64,000 nt of DNA from contig NC_133617.1 in NCBI RefSeq assembly GCF_048593235.1, positions 523,446,958-523,510,957 of the forward strand, in the 5' to 3' direction. The notes beneath the pieces are model-generated. The model ran no database searches. It was not told the origin of the DNA and saw nothing but the letters and a program-made list of their open reading frames with translations. Positions 12,334 through 24,620 of this stretch are shown one piece after another. A program made the position numbers and the translations under genes. Positions within the stretch are counted from its first letter, which is position 1. Every line of letters starts with the position of its first letter. The stretch is from Sminthopsis crassicaudata. Its lineage: Eukaryota.

Positions 12334-13944
12334 CTATAATTATAGTAAAATAGCATTTCCTAATGATTTCTCCATGTCTTTAAGCTATTTCTTAAATCTG
12401 ATTTTTGTCTCACATAAAACTATTAACTAGCCACGAATTCTCCATGATTTATTAATTATGAACAGAGGAATTAAAATAGAAGAACTAAATAGGAAAATAG
12501 TTTAAACCTCGTCAAAAATAACTGCATTTTCATCCTGATGGTTTAGATCTTTTCAGCAATAATTTGTAACTCCCTGTCTTCCCCAATATATGAGTGATAG
12601 ATGAACTATGTAATTTAGGACCACTTGCCTGAATTACTCAGGACTCATTTACTATTGAATCATCAGGAAGCAAAATTCAGATAGCATGAATGAAAGGTTT
12701 CCCAGTGAAAACTTCTGACCTCTGAAATAAAGGGTACAGTAAAGGTATGTATCAAGGAAAGATCATGGGTCACTTGATGGGAGAAGCTTGGCTTTGTTTG
12801 AGAAATGATGAAAACTTCAAATCCTTAAAATGGGGATCATTTTCTCACATCAAAATTGTACTAAAAGCCAGGTAGGAAGACCTTAACACCCATGCTACAA
12901 TTTAGGTTCCTATAAACTGTATGAAAATAAATCTCATCTTCTAGTAGGTTGCAAACATTTCTAGAATCCTGGAAAAGTTTTGGAACTTTATCCAATGCAC
13001 AAGCATTTGAGATTTTAAATTCTAATACATTCTTTACACATGAAAAATTTACTAAGATCACTGTTAATGTCAACAAGAAATGTAGTGCTTTTATATTACT
13101 AACTGGACAGAAACCAAAACCATCATGAGACATCCTTCATCCCACTGATAATGGTCTTTATTTTGAAACATTATTTACCTTGGGCAATATCTATATGGAA
13201 ATGTCTTATGACCCAATAAGAGTAAAAGCTACTGAGAACAGGGACCCTAGAGAGCAGGGACCATGTCTTATTTCACCTTAATTCCTTCTCCCAAACACAG
13301 CATATTATGTTGCACTTAGTAGGGATTTTAAGATGCTTCCCTACAATAGATTTTTTATTCCTTTAATTTCAAGGAAAATAGAAAGAATAGAAAGAGGTTA
13401 TATTAAAGTAATAGAGTTCTACCTTTGCTGCTTACTTCCTTTATGGCCTTTAATATTGATGAACAATAGATTCCTCATTCATGAAATGTGGGGATTAAAA
13501 TGTGAGGATTGTTAATGTCCTTTTGATCTCTAATATCCCTCTCCCCCTACTTGCCTCCCTCCCTCCTTACCCCCCCAACTAAGATATTTGTAAATATAAA
13601 TACCATAGAATATAAATTAATTCAGAAAATGGTATGAATTTTGGCACTAATAAAAGGCATTGTAGCCTTGAACAAATTTTTAAAATATGGTATATTTAAT
13701 ATATGAGTTATATATATATGAAATAAATTACATGATAAAATTCATTCAAATAAAAAGTTCATGGTTTTTAAAGAAAATAATTTGGAGAATAATTCTCAGT
13801 CCTTATCAGCCTACATATACTAGGGTAAAAAAAAAAAGATCCTTTATGAATAAAATGTGCCTTTCTAAAAAGTCAGAAACTGAGGAATGAAGGTTAACTG
13901 GCTTGGGTCTCTCCCCCAAAATGGAGATTTCAAGAGGAACTCAC

Positions 13945-13986
13945 CCAAGGGAGAAAGAGGCAAGGCTAACATGTCAGAGTGATGTT
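13945..13986 (-). CDS. Weak candidate 42-nt cassette exon
   Basis: ctttctctcactcag|AACATC...CCCTTGG|gtgagt; open only in phase 1 (xHHSDMLALPLSPL). Flanks may be an old repeat. Confidence 0.15.
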
Positions 13987-15854
13987 CTGAGTGAGAGAAA
14001 GCCACATAGACAGATAGATGTTTCAAGCCTCTGACTGAAGTTCCAAAGTGAGACTACAGCTAAGGCATTGTGGAAAAATTAGGGAAATTGAATTAAACAA
14101 GAAAACAGATAGGAAATCTAGCCAGAGGAATCTGGACCTCTAATACATAGAGTTAAAAATAACATTTCCCCCATTTGGCCTGATAGTTGCTGACTAAGCC
14201 TCTTTGGTTTGAAAAAGGATATAAGTTTAGAAACATTAGAATAAGTGTTATAAGGTTTCATACTCCATGTCACTTGACCAGGTTTGATGAAACTGCTGGT
14301 TGAGTACATTTATTTGGAGAAGCAACAAAGTAAAATTGCACTACCATAAGCTTAATTTTCAGAACTGATTGCTCTCTTGTGAATTATTGCTAAGAAAGCA
14401 ATAATTTTTTTTAATGGCAAGAGGCCATGCTGGAAGGCACCCAGAAGCACAAATAGATAAACAACTTGCTAGAGTCTAATAGTACTAAAAAAAGATTTTT
14501 CTTCTTGGCCTATATTATAGTAGCATATCCTTCAGGAATGACAAATTTCCACTTTTAATCATTTATACAAAAGTCCAACATTGCAAGGAAGTGAAGATGT
14601 ATGTGTCCAACAAAACCAAAGGCACTCCACACTGTCAGAGCATGTTTCTGTAGTCACTGTAATGTACTATGGGTTACAGAAGTGAGTTACTGTTTCTTGA
14701 GACTAATGGACAAGAGGATAAGAAATACCAGTTCTTGTTCATATTTTTTATGGCAACACTTGTTCAAGATTAATTATAACAGCCTTTCTGGATCTACCTT
14801 CTGGAAGTCATTGTGAAGAAGCTGCCAACATTACCACACTGCAGGAAAAGTTGTTGAAAATTCAGTGAACCTTAGCCAGGCCAAATGTGAAGTGTTTGCA
14901 TTAGAGTGTCTCAGCTGTATGAGGGAAGGCGGTGTGATTGGATTCTCAAAAAGCCTAAAATTTAAAAGGACCACATGCTCAGATGCAGAGAAGGGTGACA
15001 GGAAAATGGGAAAGAGGAACTGTGCCTGTCCCTTGGCTCACCTTATTGCCTCGTATTAAAGACACAGAAAAATAAGAGCTAAGGCTCTTCACCCATCTAT
15101 CTCACTGGTCTTGTTCTTGGCTCCCACACAAAAGAAAGAATAACTCAAAAAGCTTACAAATATTTGGTATTATATCTAGACTGATTACTATGTATGAATT
15201 GAGATAAGGGTCTCAACTACAAAAGAGTTCTTCTGCTGGCATTCTTGCTCTTCGATGACACAAATTTGATTGAGAAGACACTTAAATCAGGCTCACTAAG
15301 AAAAAGGAGGCTCATATTAACTGCTAAGATCCTTGCTTTTTCAATTACAATGGGCTCAAAGTGAAGCATATGAGAAACTTGGAAGAAAAAAGAAAGTTAT
15401 CATGCTTGAGGTAAAATAAAAATTGAACCAGAATCATAACTTTCTACATAAATCAGCCCAAAAGAATAGAAAGTAGTTTGGCCATTCATTAGGAATACCT
15501 AGAATTTTCTTTGGCATCTAAGGATGGATCTGCTGATCATACTGTCCTATCTATGACCAAAGTCAAAATATTAAGACATGGCCCATTGTTCTTCTGACAC
15601 TGAATAGATACATTAAATGTCCAAATTTTAGGCATTTTTTTCTAAGTCTGAGTCTGTGTCTCTTTTTCTAGGACACATAAGCAATTTAATATTTTTGGTC
15701 TAATTAATTTAAAAATATAAGGAAATTCTTTATCATATTATTAACTTGCCACATTTAAAAAACATGACAAGAATGCTGTTAGCTAAATTATATATATAGT
15801 CATTTCCTTAGAAAAATATTAACTTTCTGGTATCTTTGTGTGGTAGCTACCTGA

Positions 15855-16015
15855 CAGAGAAAGAGATAGAGGCAGAGAGAGAAGAAAAAAGAGAGAAGAG
15901 AGAGGAGAGGGGAAGGAGGAAGTGAGGAAGGGAGCAAGGAAGAGAGAGAGAAGTAAGGAAGAGAAGGATAAAGAGAGAAGGAGGGAGGGAGAGGGAGAGG
16001 GAGAGAAAGAATATG
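15855..16015. repeat. GA-rich polypurine low-complexity tract
   Basis: Direct inspection; explains ORF 15847..16038. Confidence 0.9.
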
Positions 16016-16109
16016 AGAGGTGTTTTCAAAATATACATCCTAAATCAATTGCTTTTCATCAACCTCACTTATTGTAATCAGAAAATCTTCACAGGTTTGT
16101 GATAGACAT

Positions 16110-16380
16110 TAGTTCTAATGGGATGAAGATGGCTGAAGCAGGTGCTGTGAAGTGCTTAGAGAGTGGTCAGATATTGAAGATGAAGGTCATACACTTCATC
16201 TTGGGACATTGCCAGTTGCCCTGACTTTTGTCTTGCCACTGGACTTTGATGACTGTGAAAGAGTGAGGCTGGTGATTTTGTGCAACTCTGCTTCACTGAA
16301 ATCAATTAATGCTCAAATCAAGATATTCCCTCCCCCCATGATGTCCTGGTTCTCTTCAAAAACAAAAGATAAGCAACAAT
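16110..16380 (+). mobile_element. WALLSI-type (RTE-associated) marsupial SINE
   Basis: ccctgacttttgtcttgccactggactttgatgac...gtgaggctggtgattttgtgcaactctgcttcac...ttctcttcaaaaacaaaagataagcaac. Subfamily name from recall. Confidence 0.7.
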
Positions 16381-16959
16381 AGTCACAGAAAGTAAAGGAC
16401 AAATAACCGAAGTAACATGGTGTTAGTGCCTTAAACTAAGTGAAAAGAGGAATTTTTACTTTGTTAGCCCTTTAGGAGGTATAATATTCTCCTAATGGAA
16501 ATAGAGGGCAACCATTGTCTGATGTCTTTTAAAATAGATCTACAACTCACTGAGGAGTCATTTAGTTGAGGCAAGAGAACTCAGAGGAGTATGACAGCAG
16601 AGAAAAGAGCCATCAATGGGGGGAAAATACAATTATTGAGAGAAAATTATTCTCCATTTCTCAATAGGAAGAAGAGGATTTCTTCCCTACCCAATTAGTT
16701 CTAATGTCTGGCATTAAAGCTGTTCTCCCATTAGGAAATATGGAATTCTTCAGAGAATAGACTAGCCAAAAAGTAAAGTCAAGAAATAGCCTTAAGGAGC
16801 ATTATTCTTAGCAGCAGAAAAGAGATAGTTATGAGTGGAGGCCCAGGAAGGCCAAGTAAAAGAATTGCCCAGCATAAATATCGAAACTGGGGAAGCAAGA
16901 TGAGTGCACCGCTCCCCTAAAAAAAGAGGAAGGATATTTGGATCCTATAGTACTTCAGT

Positions 16960-17190
16960 GAAAATTGCATGGGCTGCATCTGTTAATTCACAGAGTTGCC
17001 TAATTTCATTGATATAGGGAACTCCCAGCTAAAAAAAATTCTTTCTACCAAAGTAAGCTTACATATACCTTCTCTATAACCTATAGCCTTCAAGATTTGC
17101 CTAGATCAATAAGAAGTTAAGTTTTGCTTAGTGTGAAATAGCCAACATACCTCAGAGAGTGGACTTGAACCCAGATTTTCCTTACTCCTA
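16960..17190 (-). mobile_element. Marsupial CORE-SINE relic
   Basis: atttcattgatatagggaactcccag...gacttgaacccagattttccttactcc. Confidence 0.65.
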
Positions 17191-17289
17191 AATCAGCTCT
17201 CTGCACAGTGCTGGACAGCTTCACTGCACAAATGCAATCAAATAAATAGAAATGGGAAAGAAGTTCAGACTTTGTATTCCCAAATCTCT

Positions 17290-17985
17290 AAATAAATCAT
17301 GAACTCAGAAAATCAAAAGTAGATTTCAGAAAGAGAAAAAAAAATCTCTGAGAACAAATGAACAAAAAGAGAATGTTAATTAGCTCAGTATGCTTTTTTT
17401 TATAAACCTAAGAAATAAACAAATCAAACTAAAATAAAGATAAATGAAGAATCTTGAAAATTAAATGGGAAATAACTATGGCCTTAAAATAAAGATATTT
17501 AAAATGTTCAAGAAAACAAAAATTAGGTCCCTTTGAACAAAAATGTTTAAAAAAGAAAAATCTCAGAAAAAGAAGAAAATCAAATAATCATAATAAAAAT
17601 GACAAAATCACAACAGAAGAAAAAATAATATACATTAAAAACCTATTATATACAGTTATATGTTAACACAACCAAAAATGTAAGGAAAATGACCAGTATT
17701 AAAGTATAATTAAATTATGCAACTCAATTCAGGAAATGAAATTGAACTAACCATAAAAGACTTACATAGTAAGGGAAGAAGGGAACCCTGATCCACATAA
17801 TTTATTGGTGAGGTCTATCAAATGTTTAAAGAATAATTAATACCTATGCTACACAAATAATTCTCAAAAACTGAGAAAAAACTCAACCAAATGTTATTGA
17901 TTAGAACAGTATAACCCCACTGCCTAATCAGGAAAGGATAAAATTAAGATAATTCTAAACCCATTATCACTAATTATTTATTTCA
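17290..17985 (+). mobile_element. Degenerate L1 ORF2 fragment
   Basis: A-rich; attgaactaaccataaaaga, ggtgaggtctatcaaatgtttaaagaataattaataccta ('GEFYQTFKEELIP'-like). Confidence 0.8.
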
Positions 17986-17989
17986 TTGT

Positions 17990-19330
17990 TCTTATTATCC
18001 ATTTCTCTCCCACAAAAAAAAAAAAAAAAAAAAAAATTCTCAGTCCTTTCTCAGTGATTTCAGTACTTGGCTCATAATCTTCCTCTCCACTTCAAATTCT
18101 GTCTTCATATAAGGGGGGGCTTCAACATGAATTGATATTCCCTAAAAGAGACTGAATAGTCTCCTGCTCTACTAAATTCCCATAATATACTCTATTCCTC
18201 TTCGCTCCTTCATGGCTAAATTCCTTAAGAAAGCCATCTACACTCAATGTCTTCAGTTCCTCTCTACTCACTTTTACATTCTCTGCAATTTGATTTCTAA
18301 CTTCTTCATTGGACTGAAACGGCCCTCTCCAAAGTATTAGTCATAATTGCCAAATATAATGGCCTTTTCTCAATCCTTATTATCTTTAGTTTTTCTGCTG
18401 CCTTTAACATTATCAGTTCCCTACTGTCTCTTTGTAGGTTTTCATAACCCTATTCCCTTCTGATTTTTCTTTTATCTCTATGTTCTCTCCTCAGACTCCT
18501 TTATTAAATCTTGTTCTAGGTCATGCCCATTGATCATCAGTGATTTCCAAGACTTCATCTTAAATTAGCTTCTTTTATTTCTTTATATTATTTTTCTTTA
18601 TGATTTAATTGAACCTATGGGTGCTGATGTCTTTATACAGATGATCCCCAGATTTATAGTTCCAGCCCTAATTTTTTTAAGCTCCAATCTCATATTACTA
18701 TGTGAATAGGTTGAACTGAATATTCCATTCGCAACTTAAACTCAACATTTTCCAAAACAGAATTTATCTTTCTCTCTGAAAAAAAAATCCTCTTTTCATT
18801 CAAATTTCCATATTACATCTAGAGCATCACCATCCTTCTAATCACCCAAACTTTTGAATTTGATAGTAAACAATAAAGGAAAATAGGAGGTAGGAGAAAC
18901 CTGAAATTAATAAATTCTTTCTCACCCACCTCTCATAGCCAATTTGTTACCAAGTCTTATCATTTCTACCTTCCAAAGCTCTCCTATGTCTCCTTCTCCC
19001 TACTCATAGTCACCATCCTGATTCAGACTCTCATTAATTGGTATCCAAACAATTGTAATAGCCTTATGGATGGTCTCCTTGCCTCAAGTTCCTCCCTATT
19101 CATCAACCAGTTATTTTCCTAAATCTCTGATTACATCACCACTCACCTGAATTAAATAAATTCCAGTGACTCTCCTTCAGGATTAAATATAAATTACCTG
19201 TTTGACTTTTAAAGTCTTTCATGAGTTGGCTCCTTCCAGCCTTACCAGGTTTCTTACACTTTACTCCTCTTCATGCATTCTATAATCCATCTGGTCTTGG
19301 TGCTTTTCTTTGCATTCAATACTACAAGTT
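17990..19330 (+). mobile_element. L2 LINE ORF2 fragment
   Basis: aaagccatctacactcaatg, ggactgaaacggccctctccaaag, acttaaactcaacattttccaaaacagaa, taaattccagtgactctcc. Confidence 0.85.
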
Positions 19331-20869
19331 TGGCTGTTTTTTGTAAAAAAAAAAAAAAAAATACTATGCCAATCTATTAAAAAAAACATTTACTATGAGA
19401 AAGTTTGATTTCTTTTACAAATGCAAAGATGAAAATTAATTAACGTAGTCATATTGAAAACAAATGAGAGTTGTCCTAAGCAACAAGATGGAAGACTAAA
19501 CATGTTCTCTAACCCCAAAACCTCTCAAACTTCTCCAAAACAGAAATGAAGTGCCAAAGATAAAGCAACTTCAGCTATTCCCATGGTCTAAAACACCCAG
19601 AATCCAAAAGAAAGAAAGGGGAACAAAGGAAGAGTGTGTGATATGTCTGTATTGAATCAAGGGTAAATAATAAAGGAGAAAGTTATCTATGTGGTCTCAA
19701 AAAGACAAAAAATTTACAGGATAGGAGGGGAGGATTTAAAATGGGGAAAGGGAAATCAGCTTTACCTTGGTCATGGGAGAAAGCTTCACCAAGAAATGCT
19801 TCTATAGGTGAAGGGAGATGATAAGTGAAGGAAGATTTGGAATTTATATTGGGTGTGACTTGGGGGGTTTGGTTCTTGAAAAGTTGGCTTGTCCTACCTC
19901 AGGAAGGGACTCCTGAGGGCACTTGGTACTTAGGAGAAATTGAACCTAGAAAGGAAATTCTGAAGCAAAGTGCAAAAAAAAAAAAAAAAAGATAACCAGA
20001 AAAGAACAGAAATTAGTGGTGGACCATATAAAGAGGGATGTGATAGAGGACAGGTCCTATCATGGGGAAATGTCCTAACCAACACCTGCAATAATTGGCA
20101 CTGTTTGGGGAGTGAAGCACAATGAAAACAAATGAAAAGCAATGTAGCATAGTGACTAGGCAGCCAGTCCTAAAAACAGGAAGGCCTGAGGTTAAAGACT
20201 ACCTCTGATAAATACTAGCTATGTAATCCAAAGTAAGTCCTTTCCAAACTCTAAAATTCTCTAATTATTCAACCAATAAGTACCAATTAAGCATCTACAT
20301 GAAAGAAAAAAGAAAAAAAAAGAATCCCTATTTGCAAGGAGCTTACATTCTAATGGAGGAGACAATAATTACATATATAGATTTATATTATATTTATATT
20401 TAGATTATATTATATTTATATATGTAGTATAAGTATAAAAAATAATAAATACTAATTCATACAGACTATTTAAATACAAATACATCTAAGAAGTAAAGCA
20501 CCAGCAGATTAAGCTCAATTAGAATGTGCTGACCTTCATCATAGAAGGAATTTCCTTGTCTGAAAATTCCCTATGCAAATGAAATCACAAATTGATTCAC
20601 TATCTCTGTCCTATTAAAAAAAATTGCAATAATTGTGGCTAAAAACATTCACAAAACATGACATGACACTGATTTTATATTGATATAAAATATAAAATAC
20701 ATTCTATAAAATATAGGCTTAAGTGCAGCATTTTAGTATGATAAAAATATGTGTTTCACATTAAAATTTAGCATTATTTTTTATTTCAAACCACTAGAAA
20801 CTATCTCAATAAGTAAGGGCCAGGGACAGCTCACCTGTCCACATTGTAATTTCACATTGTATCAGAATT

Positions 20870-23330
20870 TTAGTGATAGCTATAAAACAATATATTGAAA
20901 GGCACACATATTGGGAAAAAGAAGATGAACCTATTCCTATTTATGGAGAATATGCTACCTTGCTTAGAAAACCACAGAGACTCAGCAAAGAAATTAATTA
21001 AGAAAAAAGCTTTAATATATAACAATATAAAAATTCACAAAGAAGATTCACAAAGAATAAAAACAGAATTGAAGAACAAATAATAGAAAAGAAACTCCAT
21101 TCAAAATAACTCTGAATTTCATAATCTGAGAGCTGATCTACCAAAGTACACTCAAGACATATAAATGCAATTTTAACACACCCTTTGGAGAAATAAAGAA
21201 TGACAAATCATTGGAGGGCTATTCATTGCCCATCAAAAGACTGCACCAATGTAATAAAAATAAGACTACCTAAACTAATTTACAATTTTAGTGTTATAAA
21301 AATCAAACTACCCAGAGGCTACTTTTTAAAGCTAGATAAAATAATAACAAATTTTATTTGGAAGAATAAAAAGTCTAACATCTTAAGGGAAATTATAGGA
21401 AATAGAAAAAATAAAGAGGAAACAGCACTTCCAGAGCTCATATTATACTACAAAATAATAATCTCATTAATTTGGTAGTCGTTAAAAACCTTTTAAAAAT
21501 ATCAGAGGTTCATACTAGGTAAGCAAATATCAGAGGCATCAAACACTGTTAGATAAAGTTTAAAGACGTAAACTACTTAGAGAAGAACTCTTAAAAACTT
21601 GGGGTAAAAGAAAAACTAGGAAAAATAGACATCTAGGTAATTTATATTATATTATTTAAAAGTATTTAGTATATACTGAGCAGTGTGCTATGAATACAAA
21701 TACAAGCAGAAGAAATGTGCCCTTCAGAAGCTTACCTTTCTAATGGGGAAAGACAAGACATGAAAGGAAATTGAAAGTAAGCAGGGTAACAGATGAAGGC
21801 ATGCAACCTCATGGCATGATAGTAAAATTCCAAAGTGCAGCCCTTTTAAAAATAAAGATATAACTGACCTGAGTGCCCTTTTTAAAGGCAAGTTCTGGGA
21901 GGAAACATCCAACCAAAGGAAGAGGAAACTGGAGTGGAATGTACCTTTCATGTATGAATTACTAGGTTACAGTGATCTTCCAGTTTGAAGAGGTTTCTGG
22001 GGCATGGTAGAAAAAGGCTAGTATGCAGTCTGGAGAGGCTTACACCAGAAAATGACATCTTATTTCACATAAGTTTCCAAATGGATATTCAACATAAAAA
22101 TAAAAGGTCACATAACAAGGATTAAGGAAAAATGTTTTTAAAACATATCTTTTAAAAGATAATTATAATTGCATGAAATTGAAAAGTTTTTGCATGAACA
22201 AATTAATAAAGCTAATAGAAGTAGGATAGAAATAATTAGTAAAATTTCCCTATAAGAATAAGAATTGACACAAATATATTAGACCAAGAGCGATTCTGCA
22301 GTGAATAAAGAAGACAAAGATTTCTCAAAGAACAAATGCACACCATCAATAATCAAATTTTTAAAATGCTCCACATAAGTAATAAGAGGTGAATAGAAAC
22401 AACTCTGTGTTTTTACCTCATGCACAGCAAATTGGCAAAGTGACAACATATGAAAATAGTTGATGTCAGAGGGCCAGTAGAATGATGAGCACATTATTAC
22501 AGTGTTGGCAGAACTGTGAATTGAACAAACCAATAGGGAAAGCATTTGGAATTATTCCAAAATAAGTGAATAAAGTGTCCAATCTCTTTGATACAGTGAC
22601 TCCATAGCTAGTATCCCCTTTCCTAAGAAGATAAAGACCAAAATATGTTCCATAAATACAAGAATATTCAAAGCAGATGATGGCACTCTATGTCAAAGGC
22701 AAGACTTGAACTCCTGTCTTCCTGATTCTACCTGAATTACTCCAGATACAGTCTAATTCCAAGTGGTCCTTTTTGTGTTCCCAAAGATTTGGAAACCAAC
22801 TAGATGCCTGTCAGCTGCAGAAAGATTTAAAAAATCAAGGAACATTGATATAATGGAATAAAAATAATGGCTATGAAGAATTCAAATATAGGGAAGATTT
22901 ATATGAAGTCATTTAGAAAGGAATAAATAGAAGGAGAAAAACTATACATAATGACTATATAAATGTAAAGAATGAGATAAAAATAGAAATTGAGCATAAT
23001 CAGCTAGCATATTTTAAGTATCTAGTATGTTCTAGGCACTGTGCTAAGTACTAAATAATCATATTGGCCAATTATATTAGTTCAATCAACCACTTAATAA
23101 GAAATCATTAAGGGCCTACTAGGTTCTGTTGACAAAAAGAAAATTAACTTTAAAAAATGTACTCTCTTTGCTGGAGGCATGGGTATGAAATATATTATAA
23201 GATTCAGATGATATCTTAGTTTGTTAAACTACTACTTTTCTCTCTCTTTTATAATCTTTGTTATAAGAGATGACTCACTAGATAGGAAATGGGGGAGGGA
23301 TATATACAAGAAGGGGTTAAAGAAAACCAA
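20870..23330 (+). mobile_element. Fragmented L1 (ORF2 RT to 3' UTR) interrupted by L2-tail and MIR pieces
   Basis: ORFs 20895 and 21200 translate to L1 ORF2-like text (LFLFMENMLPCLENHRDSAKKL; IRLPKLIYNFSVIKIKLPRGYFLKLDKIITNFIWKNK). Confidence 0.85.
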
Positions 23331-23589
23331 AAAAGTCCATTTTCAAAATAGTTCTTATATAATCCCAATATTTAACTCAATGGGGCTAATTGTGTTTTGA
23401 TATACAGAATTATGAAGCATTTGATTTTGTTGATTGTTCCTTTCTTGGATTTTGTCTCTTTTTAACCTCTGGGCATTTTTGGTTACCGTTCTTGTATTCC
23501 TGTAGCTTAACTACAAGGGTAGTTTTCCTCTCTTTAAATTTGAATCTCATTTCATTAGATTTTTACATAGGTAAATAGGATCATAGGGT

Positions 23590-23765
23590 ACAGGGTTAAA
23601 GATTTAAAGTTGGAAGGGATGTTGGAGGTCTTCTAGTCCATCCCTCTCATTTTGCAGATTGAAAAACTGAGGCCTAGAGATACTAAGTGACTTCTTCAGG
23701 TCACCAGAGGTGATAAGTATCATAGAAGCATATGAATTCAAGTCTTCTGACTTCAAATCTAGCAG
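23590..23765 (-). mobile_element. MIR3-like SINE
   Basis: ggtcttctagtcca...ctcattttgcagattgaaaaactgaggcctagaga...aagtcttctgacttcaaatc. Confidence 0.8.
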
Positions 23766-23789
23766 GCTTAACAGCCCTCCTTAGGTACT

Positions 23790-24620
23790 TTCCATCTTTA
23801 GTTGAGAGTCATTCACTGAGGCATTTTCCAGAATTCAAATTCTGTTCTCAAACACAATCTTCTTAAAAACCTGTTTACTTTTCAAATGTGTCTTTCTCTC
23901 CTAAAGTCCTTATCTTCTTCCATCAGTGATGAAAGCACCAGCTATGTCCTTTTATCTTCATTTTTTGCACAAATCTTTATAAAATCTTGGGAATGTTTTT
24001 AAAATCTTTTATGGCAGTACCATTTGTGTCAATGTGAATTTGATAGTGCCAATTGATTTAACAAAGATTCATTAAAGGAAGATTTTCTCTCCTCTCTGGG
24101 ATAAATATCTGGAGAAGACAATAAAGCTTTCAATTTTTATTCAATATTTGCCTATCTCAGTTCTCTCATTATAAAGGCTTCATTTACCAGTATTCATCTC
24201 TTTTTCCTTCTGACCCTAATTAGACAATCTCTCACTTGAAAGTATCTATATTTCAACATGCTCATCCCCTGGAGAAAAAGAAACTACTTTCTCTTTAGAG
24301 ATTCCCCATTCCTCTTCTTCAGGAAGAGTCTCTCATCTTCTTAGTAATAATGGTCATTATTCTTTCATCTCTTTCTCCTATTTTTCATGTTGCTCTGTCA
24401 TCTAGCTTCCTGCACATAATGCTCATTCATTTTTATTATTGGTATAATTAGAGTGAGAGTCACTTTTTTGGTTCTCTAAATCTAAAAACTTCTACTAAAG
24501 TCTTCCTCTGATACATCATTGATCCAAGAACGTAATATTCAATTCTCAAAGAATGGAGCATAGACCCTACCAAGTGGGAAAGTTTCAGCTGTGGAGCCCT
24601 AGAGATAGATTGCCTTCATA
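23790..24620 (-). mobile_element. CR1/L3 5' region with decayed ORF1 SGNH-esterase domain
   Basis: Minus-strand translation IHIDTNGTA (cf. IHVGTNDTA) and LVLSSLMEEDKDFRRERHI*KVNRFLRRLCLRTEFEFW (cf. CR1 ORF1 'VVFSSILP...RRER.IWEVN.WLRRWC..EGFGF'). Confidence 0.75.

Noticed and set aside
12861-13133. 90-aa minus-strand ORF that reads protein-like
   Set aside because: No credible donor or acceptor and no recognised homology.
20836-20880. 45-nt minus-strand exon-like unit with cag|gtgagc donor
   Set aside because: Lies at the edge of L1-derived sequence; most likely cryptic sites.
20895-21478. ORFs with clearly protein-like translation
   Set aside because: Decayed L1 ORF2 fragments, not host genes.
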